A DNA stretch of 64,000 nucleotides, from NCBI GenBank assembly GCA_965217115.1, contig OZ244239.1, positions 1,600,001-1,664,000 of the forward strand, written 5' to 3'. Below the pieces are notes generated by a model that had not been told where the DNA came from, did no database searches, and worked only from the letters and a program-made list of their open reading frames with translations. Shown piece by piece: positions 1 to 9,206 of the stretch. This DNA is from Bdellovibrionales bacterium. GTDB lineage: Bacteria > Bdellovibrionota > Bdellovibrionia > Bdellovibrionales > CAYMLA01. A program made the translations under genes and the position numbers. Numbering within the stretch: the first letter of the stretch is position 1; the number at the start of each line of letters is the position of its first letter.

Positions 1-2823
1 ATAAAGCCCCAAGAAAACAGTGAAGGGGAGGTGATACCCGATCGTGGTGTCCACATTGATTTCAACTCCGGAGCCGTGGAACCATTGAGATTTGGAGGCG
101 GTGAGGTACCTACCTTGATTTTTGGAATAAAATAATCCGTCCATGATTAAAGAATCCATGAAAACATTGGCGTATGTTCGCTTAAAGAACAAAGGAAAGG
201 TGCCTCCAAAACCTTTGTAGATATTTTGGAGAGGGAGAGAGTACTCTAAAGTGAGGTTGATTCCTGAACGAAATATAAATTCATTAGAAGGATAACCTCG
301 CATAAGAAAATTTTTATTGAGAAGAGAGATTTGGTAGGGAGAATTGGCTGTTGTAGCTCCGTAAATAGGGCTCACTGAATCTGACAAATGAAGGCCTCTG
401 AAGTTAAAAGAAACGTTTTGAAAATACTGATTAGCGGAAAAAAGATATCGCTTGTAATTAATATCGCTGTATTCGGAGAGGTAGTCTATGTATGAGATTC
501 CAATGGTTTGACCAGATATAGGAGTAGAGCGTTCTAAACTGAAGGATGAATTATTATAAAAGTAGGAAAGAGATGGGCCTGATCTTTTCTTGGAAAAGAG
601 AGAGTCAATACGGTTGTGAAAAGCCCAGCCCCAGGAGATTTGATGTTTTTTTCTGAACAGAGGTTGTTGTACGAGCAAGCTTCCGGTTTGTGATTGGTAG
701 GTTTCCTGTGAGCCAATAAGGCGATCGAAGCTCTGTCTGTAATTTAATTGAAAAGAAGGATGGTAGAAGTTATTGGTGTACCCAAAGTCAAGATTGGTTT
801 TATTGAGATAGGAGTTCCAGCCCCCTTGCAAGGAGTAGGAGTGCTTATTTAAAGGGTCTTTAGAGCCGGTGATTGCTTGAACGAGAACTCCTTGCTCGGA
901 GGGGTAAATAGAAGGGAGCCAGTAACGGGGAAAAAGATAGCCCCAAGGAGAGTAGTCTTCTTGAGAGAGAACGACTGTTGGAGAATCAGAGTGGAGGCGG
1001 GTATTTTTTACTTTAAGTTCAGGTATTAATGACTCTGTGAATGGGAGTCTTGAGGGGGTCAATTTTTGTTGAGCTTTGTTTTTTCTATATAAATGGATTC
1101 CTTTTCCTGTAAAACGGGAAAAGTACAGTGTGCCAGATAAAGGGTCAATAGCTCCGTTGAGCGCTCCTGTGGATTCGTTTGTCAGAGGGTAAACTTTTTT
1201 TAAATTTGGAGAAACGTGGTAGAGGTTGAGGAGACCAGATTGAGAAGAACAGGCGATAAAGCCTTGGGCTGTTTTTTCGAAGCTATGTATTTTGGTTAAG
1301 TTTATAAAAGGAGAAATTAGATATTTGATTTTTAAAGAATTGTCATTTTTTTCGGTGAAAGTTATTTTCTTCAACTGCGTCCCCTTACCAGAGGATTTTT
1401 CTAGAATTAAGAGATCGTTGTTGTTGATAAATAAAGGAGATGACAAAAGTATGCCTGTGGCTGGCATGAGAAGAGGGGCAGATTTTTGAGTGTTGATTTT
1501 CATAAGATTAAGGAGGGTTTTGTTGGCGTTATTTCCTGTGTAGGCGATGGAGAGTCCGTCGGGAGAGATAGCAAATTCACGCACTCTTTTACCGTGTGTT
1601 ATCCGTGTTGTTTTTTTAGTAAGAATATCTATTTTGTAAATATCTGAGAATAGGTTGTAATTTTTTTGCTTTGTGGCTTGGTTGAAGAAAATATTTTGAG
1701 AATCTGTGTGCCACACTAATTGGGAGACCTCTGTTCCAGTGAACAGAGTCTTGAGGCTTTTGCTCGTAAAAGGAGTTTCTGTGTCAGCTCTTTGAGTGGC
1801 TTGTATACGGGAGTTTCCTAAAAAATCTTTTGCAATGAAAATCATCTTTAAGCCGTCAGGACTAATAGTTATTTGATCGTATTCATTTTGTTTTCTGAGA
1901 AAAGGTGTATTCCTATTGGGAAAAACTATGTTTTTTTGTTGAGATTGTTTTTTTTCTATGGATTCGTAGACATCGTTTAAGAGTGTCACATAGTCGGTCC
2001 CAAGAGAGTTTAGAGCTGGGGAATTGATAAAGTAGTAGGGGATTTGTGCCGAGTGTTTCTGCGTGAGAGTATTGAGTGAATAGTGTGCGGGTTCTTCGAT
2101 TGACCGACTCTTATTGGCAATAGAGTTCATAAGAAGGCCACCTAAGAGGTAGGATCGTTGCCCGCCTGGCCATGTGGACGTAAATCTTTCGTTAATGATA
2201 TCCAGGGTGTTTTCTTTTAAAAGTTGATCTTCAATCAGGGCTCTTAATGTGGCTTGGGTGTAGGGGGAGCGGATTCGGCCAGCTTGACTTAATTGGGATT
2301 CGGTAGAGACGGCAATGCCTTCTATCCACCAACTGGGTAAAAGAATATTAGGGGTCACGATGGAGCCAAGAGCCCATCGCGCTGGCTTCATAATACCGTG
2401 GGCAGGCTCAAATGTCGCTAGATGGGTAAATTCATGGATGAGAAGCTCTAGGGTCCATTGGGAATAAAAACCTATGGAGCTAAGTGGTTTTGGAAGAACG
2501 GGAAAAATGTGGATAAGGGGATAGGGGGTGGACCTGGCAAAGCCGTTGGTGATATCGGAGGAGTCGTCGAGAACAAGAACTGTTTTTTTGGGAAGCTCTG
2601 AGAAAAGGGATGAAACTCTCGTGTAAGCTTGTTCAGTTTTTTGGGCGTAGTGTAGGCCTGTTTCAATCATGTGTTTTGGGGTGATAACATGAAAATGCCT
2701 TGTTTTTAGAGTGATCCATTGAAAATCAGGGTTTATTTTACCAAGAGCAACAGAGGTTTGTAGCAAGGCTAAAGTCAGGATAAGGAGGGAATTTGTTAAA
2801 ATAAAGGCCAATAGCTTTTGCAT
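1..2823 (-). CDS. Omp85/BamA-TamA family outer-membrane protein with N-terminal gluzincin-type metallopeptidase domain and PD40/WD40 beta-propeller (3' end runs off window)
   Basis: Hand translation from ATG at 2823 gives a signal peptide (MQKLLAFILTNSLLILTLALLQ), HEFTH and PSWWIEGIA, SPDG propeller repeats, the Omp85 motif LMRGYPSNEF, and GSGVEINVDTTIGYHLPFTVFLGLY at the edge. The same frame holds at both ends. It is presumably absent from the ORF track because no stop lies in the window. Confidence 0.85.
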   Translation of the reverse strand, partial: MQKLLAFILTNSLLILTLALLQTSVALGKINPDFQWITLKTRHFHVITPKHMIETGLHYAQKTEQAYTRVSSLFSELPKKTVLVLDDSSDITNGFARSTPYPLIHIFPVLPKPLSSIGFYSQWTLELLIHEFTHLATFEPAHGIMKPARWALGSIVTPNILLPSWWIEGIAVSTESQLSQAGRIRSPYTQATLRALIEDQLLKENTLDIINERFTSTWPGGQRSYLLGGLLMNSIANKSRSIEEPAHYSLNTLTQKHSAQIPYYFINSPALNSLGTDYVTLLNDVYESIEKKQSQQKNIVFPNRNTPFLRKQNEYDQITISPDGLKMIFIAKDFLGNSRIQATQRADTETPFTSKSLKTLFTGTEVSQLVWHTDSQNIFFNQATKQKNYNLFSDIYKIDILTKKTTRITHGKRVREFAISPDGLSIAYTGNNANKTLLNLMKINTQKSAPLLMPATGILLSSPLFINNNDLLILEKSSGKGTQLKKITFTEKNDNSLKIKYLISPFINLTKIHSFEKTAQGFIACSSQSGLLNLYHVSPNLKKVYPLTNESTGALNGAIDPLSGTLYFSRFTGKGIHLYRKNKAQQKLTPSRLPFTESLIPELKVKNTRLHSDSPTVVLSQEDYSPWGYLFPRYWLPSIYPSEQGVLVQAITGSKDPLNKHSYSLQGGWNSYLNKTNLDFGYTNNFYHPSFQLNYRQSFDRLIGSQETYQSQTGSLLVQQPLFRKKHQISWGWAFHNRIDSLFSKKRSGPSLSYFYNNSSFSLERSTPISGQTIGISYIDYLSEYSDINYKRYLFSANQYFQNVSFNFRGLHLSDSVSPIYGATTANSPYQISLLNKNFLMRGYPSNEFIFRSGINLTLEYSLPLQNIYKGFGGTFPLFFKRTYANVFMDSLIMDGLFYSKNQGRYLTASKSQWFHGSGVEINVDTTIGYHLPFTVFLGLY

Positions 2824-2871
2824 AAGGGGGATATTTGAGCATGTCTATTGATCTGGACGCAATCATAAAGT

Positions 2872-2899
2872 TTGACATTAAATATATAGGTTTTAGAAT
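2872..2899 (+). promoter_or_regulatory. sigma70-type promoter for pal operon
   Basis: TTGACA-N16-TAGAAT upstream of an AAGGAG RBS and the ATG at 2934. Confidence 0.55.
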
Positions 2900-2933
2900 G
2901 GGGTGACTTTATAATGAAAGAAGGAGCGCAATC

Positions 2934-3425
2934 ATGATTCATAAAATATTATTAGGTATCACATTATCAGCATTGTTTGTTGGCTGTGGAGGAAACAAAA
3001 AACAGGAACAAGGTAATCTTTTTGGTGGTGACGGTATTGAGTCTAGTTCGTTGAACTTTGGTGTAAGTGGAAGCGATACTGGGAAAATCCCTGGATTAAG
3101 CTCTGTGAGTTTTGAAACAGATCAGGCTCGCTTGTCATCAGTCACTCGTCAGGCTTTAGCTAAAAATGCAGAATGGTTGAAATCCAATTCGTCGAGAAAT
3201 CTACAAATTGAAGGTCACTGCGATGAAAGAGGGTCGATTGAATATAATTTAGCTTTAGGTGAGAGAAGAGCTAAGGCAGTGAAGGATTATCTTATTAATT
3301 TAGGTATTAGTTCAAAGCGAATGAGTATAATTAGTTATGGCAAAGAAAAGCCCCTTTCTTTGGGTAGTTCGAGAGGTGAGTTAGCAAAAAACCGTCGAGC
3401 TAATTTTATTCCACTTAAGAGGTAG
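2934..3425 (+). CDS. pal: Peptidoglycan-associated lipoprotein (OmpA C-terminal domain)
   Basis: Lipobox FVGC; motifs IEGHCDERGSIEYNLALGERRA and SYGKEKP...NRR. Confidence 0.93.
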   Translation: MIHKILLGITLSALFVGCGGNKKQEQGNLFGGDGIESSSLNFGVSGSDTGKIPGLSSVSFETDQARLSSVTRQALAKNAEWLKSNSSRNLQIEGHCDERGSIEYNLALGERRAKAVKDYLINLGISSKRMSIISYGKEKPLSLGSSRGELAKNRRANFIPLKR

Positions 3426-3440
3426 TTTATAAAAGCGCAT

Positions 3441-3758
3441 TTGGAGATGGGTATCCTACGGTTTCTTTTGTTCTCCTTGGGCCTTTATTTAGGGGGATGT
3501 GCTGTTATTGTGACAGTACCTGTGGATGATTTTATCTTGGCTGATACAGCAATTAAATTTGCTAAATTAGCCAAAGCTCCTCGCTATGCACCTGGTCAGT
3601 GGCATCGTGCAGAGGATGCTTATCGTCTTGGAAAGCGTTATTACAAAAAGGGAAATTATGAAAAGGCTCGGGAGTTTTTTCTCAAGGCACGTGTTTATGG
3701 GGAAAAGTCAGAAAATGCAGCTCGTTTGCTTCGTTATAAAAATGGAGAAAATTTCTAG
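3441..3758 (+). CDS. Small helical lipoprotein, DUF4398-like
   Basis: Lipobox LGGC; pattern A..AKAPRYAP..W..AE; lies in pal operon. Confidence 0.6.
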   Translation: MEMGILRFLLFSLGLYLGGCAVIVTVPVDDFILADTAIKFAKLAKAPRYAPGQWHRAEDAYRLGKRYYKKGNYEKAREFFLKARVYGEKSENAARLLRYKNGENF

Positions 3759-3773
3759 TATTGTGAGGTAAGG

Positions 3774-4412
3774 ATGAGTTTTTTGATGAGGAATATTTTT
3801 TTATTACTGTGCTGTCTGTTTTTGAGTTCATGTTTTCTTAAAACTCGACAACAGGTGAAAAATGAAAAAACCCAACAAGAGATGTCCTCCCATGTTGTGA
3901 AATTACAGAGAAACAATGCCGACTATGTTGTAAAAATACAAGCCATTGAAGACGGCATACAAGCCTTAGGGGGGCGAACTGAGGTTCTAGAGAAAAAAAT
4001 TACAGAGAGAGAACAGGCGGGTGGAGAAGAGCAAAAAAAGCTTCATGAAAAAGTGAATAGCCTTTCTCAGCAGATGGTTTTAATGAGACAAGCTCTATCA
4101 AAAATGGAGAGAAGTCTCTCTTCGGTGACCAAAAGGAAAATAGCTCAAAAAAAGAAACAGGGAAATTTTTCTGGAGCCGAGGCTGCATTTGCAAAAAAGC
4201 AATGGAAGGCGGCCATTCTTGGTTATCAAAAATACATAGATCTTAACCCAAAGGGAAAGTATAAGAGTCGCGCACTTTATCACACGGGGGTTTGTTTTCA
4301 AAAGCTAGGAAACAAAGAGGTGGCAGAGACTTTTTTTCGAGATGTTATTGGTTTGAATCCAAAGTCATCTTACAGCAAGAAGGCACGATCTTATTTAAAA
4401 CAGGCTAAATGA
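3774..4412 (+). CDS. cpoB: Tol-Pal associated coiled-coil/TPR protein (CpoB/YbgF-like)
   Basis: Lipoprotein signal, coiled coil and C-terminal TPR (AILGYQKY...ALYHTG); downstream of pal. Confidence 0.75.
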   Translation: MSFLMRNIFLLLCCLFLSSCFLKTRQQVKNEKTQQEMSSHVVKLQRNNADYVVKIQAIEDGIQALGGRTEVLEKKITEREQAGGEEQKKLHEKVNSLSQQMVLMRQALSKMERSLSSVTKRKIAQKKKQGNFSGAEAAFAKKQWKAAILGYQKYIDLNPKGKYKSRALYHTGVCFQKLGNKEVAETFFRDVIGLNPKSSYSKKARSYLKQAK

Positions 4413-5470
4413 TGTTGCTACGGCAAGTTTTGGCCATAGAAACGAGTTGTGATGACACGTCTGTGGCGATTGTTGATCACACGGGCTTGGTTAAAGGGAT
4501 GAAGACAGCAAGTCAGGATGATACTCACTTTCCTTTTGGTGGAGTGGTGCCTGAGATGGCTGGACGGAGTCATACTTTAAGTCTTTTGCCCACGATTGAT
4601 CGTCTGTTAAATGAAACAGGTATTTCTTTGCAGGATGTGAATGGCATTGCTGTGACCAATAGGCCTGGATTGGTGGGGTCTTTATTGGTGGGATTAATGA
4701 CGGCGAAGAGCTTGTCGATGTCTTTAAAAATTCCTTTTATTGGAGTGAATCATTTAGAGGGACATTTAGTGGCTCCTTTTTTACGTGATGAGAGTTATCG
4801 ACCTCCAGAGGATTTTACATATCCTTATTTGGGACTCGCTATTAGTGGTGGTCATACTAGTTTGTATAAAATATTAGGTTTTTCTGATTATCATTTGTTA
4901 GGCTCAACGATTGACGATGCGGCAGGGGAGGCTTTTGATAAGTTTGCTAAGCTATTGCGTTTGGGTTTTCCAGGCGGTGTGCATGTAGATCGCTTGGCAC
5001 AAAAAGGAGAGGTGAATGCTTTTAAATTCCCTCGTCCCTTGATTCGTGAAAATAATTATCACTTTAGTTTCTCAGGTTTAAAAACGGCTGGTTTGAGATT
5101 GGTTGAAAGTCTTTCAGAGGAAGAGATTGATAAGAATTTATCTAATTTATGTGCGAGTTTTCAGGAATCGATTGTGGATGTGTTATTACATAAATTGACT
5201 CGACTTGTAGAGGACTCAAATTATGAAAGGGTCATTATTACGGGGGGGGTGAGTGCGAATTCCCGTTTGCGTGAGAGGGCTGAACAGTGGGCAGAGAGTA
5301 AGGGGGTGCTTTTGGTTATTCCTCCCATTCGTTACTGCACTGATAATGCAGCGATGATTGGTTGGGCTGGTATTCAGCGCCTAAATAGAGGGGAGGCTTC
5401 GGGGATGAACTTAGCTCCATGCCCTCGACCTTATCCTAACGATTTTAAATCCATTGAAAAAAGGCGATAG
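4409..5470 (+). CDS. tsaD: tRNA N6-threonylcarbamoyladenosine synthase
   Basis: Motifs LAIETSCDDT, HLEGH, SGGHT, DDAAGEAFDK, CTDNAAMI. Confidence 0.97.
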   Translation: MMLLRQVLAIETSCDDTSVAIVDHTGLVKGMKTASQDDTHFPFGGVVPEMAGRSHTLSLLPTIDRLLNETGISLQDVNGIAVTNRPGLVGSLLVGLMTAKSLSMSLKIPFIGVNHLEGHLVAPFLRDESYRPPEDFTYPYLGLAISGGHTSLYKILGFSDYHLLGSTIDDAAGEAFDKFAKLLRLGFPGGVHVDRLAQKGEVNAFKFPRPLIRENNYHFSFSGLKTAGLRLVESLSEEEIDKNLSNLCASFQESIVDVLLHKLTRLVEDSNYERVIITGGVSANSRLRERAEQWAESKGVLLVIPPIRYCTDNAAMIGWAGIQRLNRGEASGMNLAPCPRPYPNDFKSIEKRR

Positions 5471-5476
5471 TAAAAA

Positions 5477-6298
5477 GTGACTAAAGCGGTTCTCTTTTCT
5501 TTGATGGAACAAATGGGAGTGTCACCTAAGCGTTCTTTAGGACAGAATTTTTTGATAAATGATCATGTTATTGAAAAAATTATTTGTAGAGTTGAGAAGT
5601 TTAAAAAAGAGAATAAAATCGATTGGATGCTAGAGATTGGTCCAGGTCTTGGGGCTTTGACCCGACGTTTGCGAATCTTAGATGGAAATATGTCTTTGTT
5701 AGAATTAGATCGAGAGTTTGCGCAGTATTGGCGTCAGGAGGGGCTTGATGTTTTAGAGGGAGATGCCTTGCAGGTGAATTGGCAGCCTGTTTGTGGACAG
5801 GGTCAGGGAATATTGGTGAGTAACTTGCCCTATCAAATATCCTCTAGCCTAGTTGTGGAGAGAAGTATCGATCCGTTAAATATTATGTCCATGGTCTTGA
5901 TGTTTCAAAAAGAAGTGGCTCAAAAAATAATTCAGCCCTGTGGGTCTAGTGAATATGGTTTTTTAAGCGTTATAGCACAGAGTTTTTGGTCTATAGAAAA
6001 AGTAATAGATGCGGGGCGTGGGGCTTTTTACCCATCTCCTAATGTGGCAAGTCGTGTATTGAGCTTTTTGGCACGAGATGTGGGCATTACTGATCGAAAG
6101 AGGTATTTAGAGTTTGTGAAATCGGCATTTTCCCATCGTCGTAAGCTTGTGATGAAGAATATACGCCCTTTTTTACAAAAATATAATTTATCACAGGAGA
6201 AGTTTGTCGAAAACCTACAGGAATTAGGTTATAACGTAAATAGTCGTGCCCAGGAAATCTCTATTGAGAATTACTTGGAGATATTTAAGAGTTTTTGA
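5477..6298 (+). CDS. rsmA: 16S rRNA m6(2)A dimethyltransferase
   Basis: Motifs KRSLGQNFL, EIGPGLGALT, SNLPYQIS, MFQKEVA. Confidence 0.95.
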   Translation: MTKAVLFSLMEQMGVSPKRSLGQNFLINDHVIEKIICRVEKFKKENKIDWMLEIGPGLGALTRRLRILDGNMSLLELDREFAQYWRQEGLDVLEGDALQVNWQPVCGQGQGILVSNLPYQISSSLVVERSIDPLNIMSMVLMFQKEVAQKIIQPCGSSEYGFLSVIAQSFWSIEKVIDAGRGAFYPSPNVASRVLSFLARDVGITDRKRYLEFVKSAFSHRRKLVMKNIRPFLQKYNLSQEKFVENLQELGYNVNSRAQEISIENYLEIFKSF

Positions 6299-6322
6299 AA
6301 ATCAAGATGGAGTGGATGCAAG

Positions 6323-6769
6323 ATGGGTGTATTAATCATTGCTGACAATAAAAGGGCTAGACATGATTATGAGATATTGGAAACCTTTGAAGCGGGTCTT
6401 GTCCTTCAAGGCAGCGAGGTTAAGTCGCTGCGTGACAGAAAGTTGCAACTAAAGGACTCTTTTGTTGAAATAAATAAAGGAGAAGCATTTTTAAGAAATG
6501 CCCATATTAGTGAGCATAAAGCAAGTAGCTATAATAATCATCATCCTGAAAGGCCGCGTAAGTTGCTTTTGCATGAATCTGAAATTGAGAAAATATATGA
6601 TAAAATTCGCCTGCGTGGCCTGACAGTTGTGCCATTAAAAGTTTATTTCAAAAAAGGCTGGGCAAAGGTTCTTATCGGTGTTGGTAAGGGTAAGAAGAGA
6701 CATGACAAAAGAGAGGATATTAAAAAGAAAGACATCCAAAGGGAAATGCGTCGTACAGGTCGGTATTAA
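6323..6769 (+). CDS. smpB: SsrA-binding protein
   Basis: Motifs NKRARHDY, EAGLVLQGSEVKSLR, GKKRHDKRE. Confidence 0.97.
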   Translation: MGVLIIADNKRARHDYEILETFEAGLVLQGSEVKSLRDRKLQLKDSFVEINKGEAFLRNAHISEHKASSYNNHHPERPRKLLLHESEIEKIYDKIRLRGLTVVPLKVYFKKGWAKVLIGVGKGKKRHDKREDIKKKDIQREMRRTGRY

Positions 6770-6771
6770 TT

Positions 6772-8274
6772 ATGAAAATATGGGGTTTAATTTTTTTTGG
6801 GGCTTTGTTACGTCTGTGGTTTTCTGTTACGACAGGGTTGGGTGATGATGAGGCATATTATTGGGACTGGCTGAGGCAGCGGGATTGGAGCTATTACGAT
6901 CATCCTCCAATGACGACTTGGTTAATTGGAATTTCTTCTTTTGTGTGGGGAGACACTCAATGGGGAGTCCGATTTTTCTCTTGGATTTTTACGACGCTAT
7001 CTAGTGTGATGGTTTTTCTTATTACAAAAGGTCTTTTTCATCGCCGAGCAGGCTTTTGGGCTGTTTTATTTTTTACATTGATTCCGATTTACTCTCTTGG
7101 TGGAATTCTTATGGTACCAGATGCTCCGATGATGTTTTTCTGGTTAATTTTGTTATATTTATTTTTACCAGAAAATGAGAAATACTGGCGAAAAACCGGT
7201 TTTTGGGTTTTATATGGATTGGTGTTAGGCGCAGGTCTTCTATCTAAATACACGATCGTGTTGTTAATGGTGTCGGTGTTTTTCTATCTGCTATCTTCTC
7301 CAAAGAACAGGTCACTCTTACTAAAAAAATCTCCTTGGCTTGGTGTGTTGGTTTCATTAATTTGTTTTTTACCTGTAATTATTTGGAACTACAGTCATGG
7401 CTGGCCTAGTTTTACATTTCACTTTTCTGAGCGTCATCAAAACTTAAATTTTGATTGGAGCCGTTTTGGTGAATTTATTGCTTCGCAAGCGGTATTTTTA
7501 ACTCCATTTTTTTTCGTAATAGTTCTGATTGTTTTGTGGCAATCATTTAAGCGTCGACATGAGGAGGCGTGGAGATACATTTTTTGGTTTTCCTTTCCGA
7601 CATTGTTGTTATTTATTGTGCAACCGTTGTTTTCTTCTTTTAAGCCCCATTGGACGGCTCCAGGGTATATACCTCTGCTGTGCGCCAGTGGTTTTTGGTG
7701 GTCGAATTTTTTAGATAGAAGATCATCGAAGAGGAGTCGTGTTATTTTATTAGGTTTTTTCATGTTATCTTTAGGATTGTTACCAACTCTTTTTTATATA
7801 CAAATTAAAAGGCCTTTTATTCATCGTGTGTATAGCATTTTTAAAGACTCTTCATCAAAAAAGTGGAATCCACGTTGGGATGTAACTAACGATTTATATG
7901 GATGGCCAAGTGCTGGAGAGAGGGCAAGGGAGCTTTATAGAGAATTAGAAGAAGAATTAGGACAGGGAAAAGTGTTTTTGGCCACCCATCGCTATCAGCT
8001 TACAGGACAGTTGAGTTTTTATTCAAAAATAAGAGCGTGGTCATTGGGAGACAAAGAGGATCAGTATGATTTCTTCTTAGAAAATCTTGGAGGGGAGACT
8101 TTGTTTTTGGGGAAATCGGCAATAATATTGGCAGACAATCGTTATAACAAATCACCATTAAAGAATATGAACTTCGAAAGATGTAGTAAAAGAGAAGAGT
8201 TAAACTTTTATCGTGGAAACCTACTAAGCCATCAGTTTTATTTTTGGAAGTGTTATAATTTTCAAAAGCCTTAA
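6772..8274 (+). CDS. GT39/ArnT-like (PMT_2) membrane glycosyltransferase
   Basis: DEAYYWDW...YYDHPP, many TM helices, LSKY. Confidence 0.85.
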   Translation: MKIWGLIFFGALLRLWFSVTTGLGDDEAYYWDWLRQRDWSYYDHPPMTTWLIGISSFVWGDTQWGVRFFSWIFTTLSSVMVFLITKGLFHRRAGFWAVLFFTLIPIYSLGGILMVPDAPMMFFWLILLYLFLPENEKYWRKTGFWVLYGLVLGAGLLSKYTIVLLMVSVFFYLLSSPKNRSLLLKKSPWLGVLVSLICFLPVIIWNYSHGWPSFTFHFSERHQNLNFDWSRFGEFIASQAVFLTPFFFVIVLIVLWQSFKRRHEEAWRYIFWFSFPTLLLFIVQPLFSSFKPHWTAPGYIPLLCASGFWWSNFLDRRSSKRSRVILLGFFMLSLGLLPTLFYIQIKRPFIHRVYSIFKDSSSKKWNPRWDVTNDLYGWPSAGERARELYRELEEELGQGKVFLATHRYQLTGQLSFYSKIRAWSLGDKEDQYDFFLENLGGETLFLGKSAIILADNRYNKSPLKNMNFERCSKREELNFYRGNLLSHQFYFWKCYNFQKP

Positions 8275-8319
8275 GCGCTTCAATCCAAGTTTGTACGGGC
8301 AGCTTAATAAGCTGAGTTA

Positions 8320-9135
8320 CTATGTTTTTTCATATTTATTACGGGCACTATTTTTCTTGGCTTGAGTCAAAAGGGGTTGCCCTTTATCTGCAACAAAAGA
8401 GATACAGCGATCAGCGAGGAAAGCTTTTTCAATTTGCTCGGGGAGTAACTTTCTTAGTTCTCCTTTTTTCATTTTGCCTATTTTAAGCTGTCCAATAGCA
8501 ATGCGTTGGAGTTTTAGAACATCAAAACCTATTTTGGCAAACATCTTTCGTATTTGACGGTTACGTCCCTCAGTTATAATAATTTTAATCCAGGACTTTT
8601 GAGAACTACCACGTTTTACGCGAGCTACAAACTTCGCTTTGACCTTTCCTTTACCTCCAGCGATAGAGACACCTTTGAGAAGTTTTATGAGATCGCTGTC
8701 AGAGGGTTTTCCATCGACCTTCACGAGATAAGTTTTAGTTATTTCTTTTTTAGGGTGCTGGATAGCTTGTGAGAATTCACCGTCGTTTGTTATAAGAAGT
8801 AGGCCTTCTGAATGCCAATCAAGACGGCCAACGGGAAAGACCCTCTCTTCTAAGTGTTCAACAAATTCTCTTATTGTGACTCGATCAGTGGGATCATCCA
8901 TAGAGGTCAAAACACTTAGGGGTTTGTTAAATGCGTAATAAACTTTTCTTTTTGGAGGCTTGATGAGTTTATCATCGACAAGAATACGATCTTTTTGTGG
9001 ATCTATTTTGACACCAAGTTCATAGGTTTTACGGCCATTAATTTTAATTTTGCCTTCAGAAATGAGAGTGTCGCATTTTCGACGGCTTGCAACTCCACAT
9101 TCTGAGAGCCACTTATTAAGTCTAATCAGATTCAT
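8320..9135 (-). CDS. rluB: rRNA pseudouridine synthase, RsuA/RluB family
   Basis: S4 domain RLNKWL...SRRK, PVGRLD, EGRNRQIR. Exact paralog is uncertain. Confidence 0.85.
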   Translation of the reverse strand: MNLIRLNKWLSECGVASRRKCDTLISEGKIKINGRKTYELGVKIDPQKDRILVDDKLIKPPKRKVYYAFNKPLSVLTSMDDPTDRVTIREFVEHLEERVFPVGRLDWHSEGLLLITNDGEFSQAIQHPKKEITKTYLVKVDGKPSDSDLIKLLKGVSIAGGKGKVKAKFVARVKRGSSQKSWIKIIITEGRNRQIRKMFAKIGFDVLKLQRIAIGQLKIGKMKKGELRKLLPEQIEKAFLADRCISFVADKGQPLLTQAKKNSARNKYEKT

Positions 9136-9206
9136 AAAAAGTCCTATGATAAAAAGAGAGGTGTAAGGTAGCCCCTCAAGAGCGGCGCGTCAAGAGGTAT
9201 CTCATG

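Noticed and set aside
534..2666. Short ORFs 534-716, 1292-1489, 2472-2666 and other 60-136 aa antisense or out-of-frame ORFs across the window
   Set aside because: Shadow ORFs inside well-supported longer genes.
6323..6771. tmRNA (ssrA) beside smpB
   Set aside because: There is no intergenic space and no tmRNA termini; flanking genes abut smpB.
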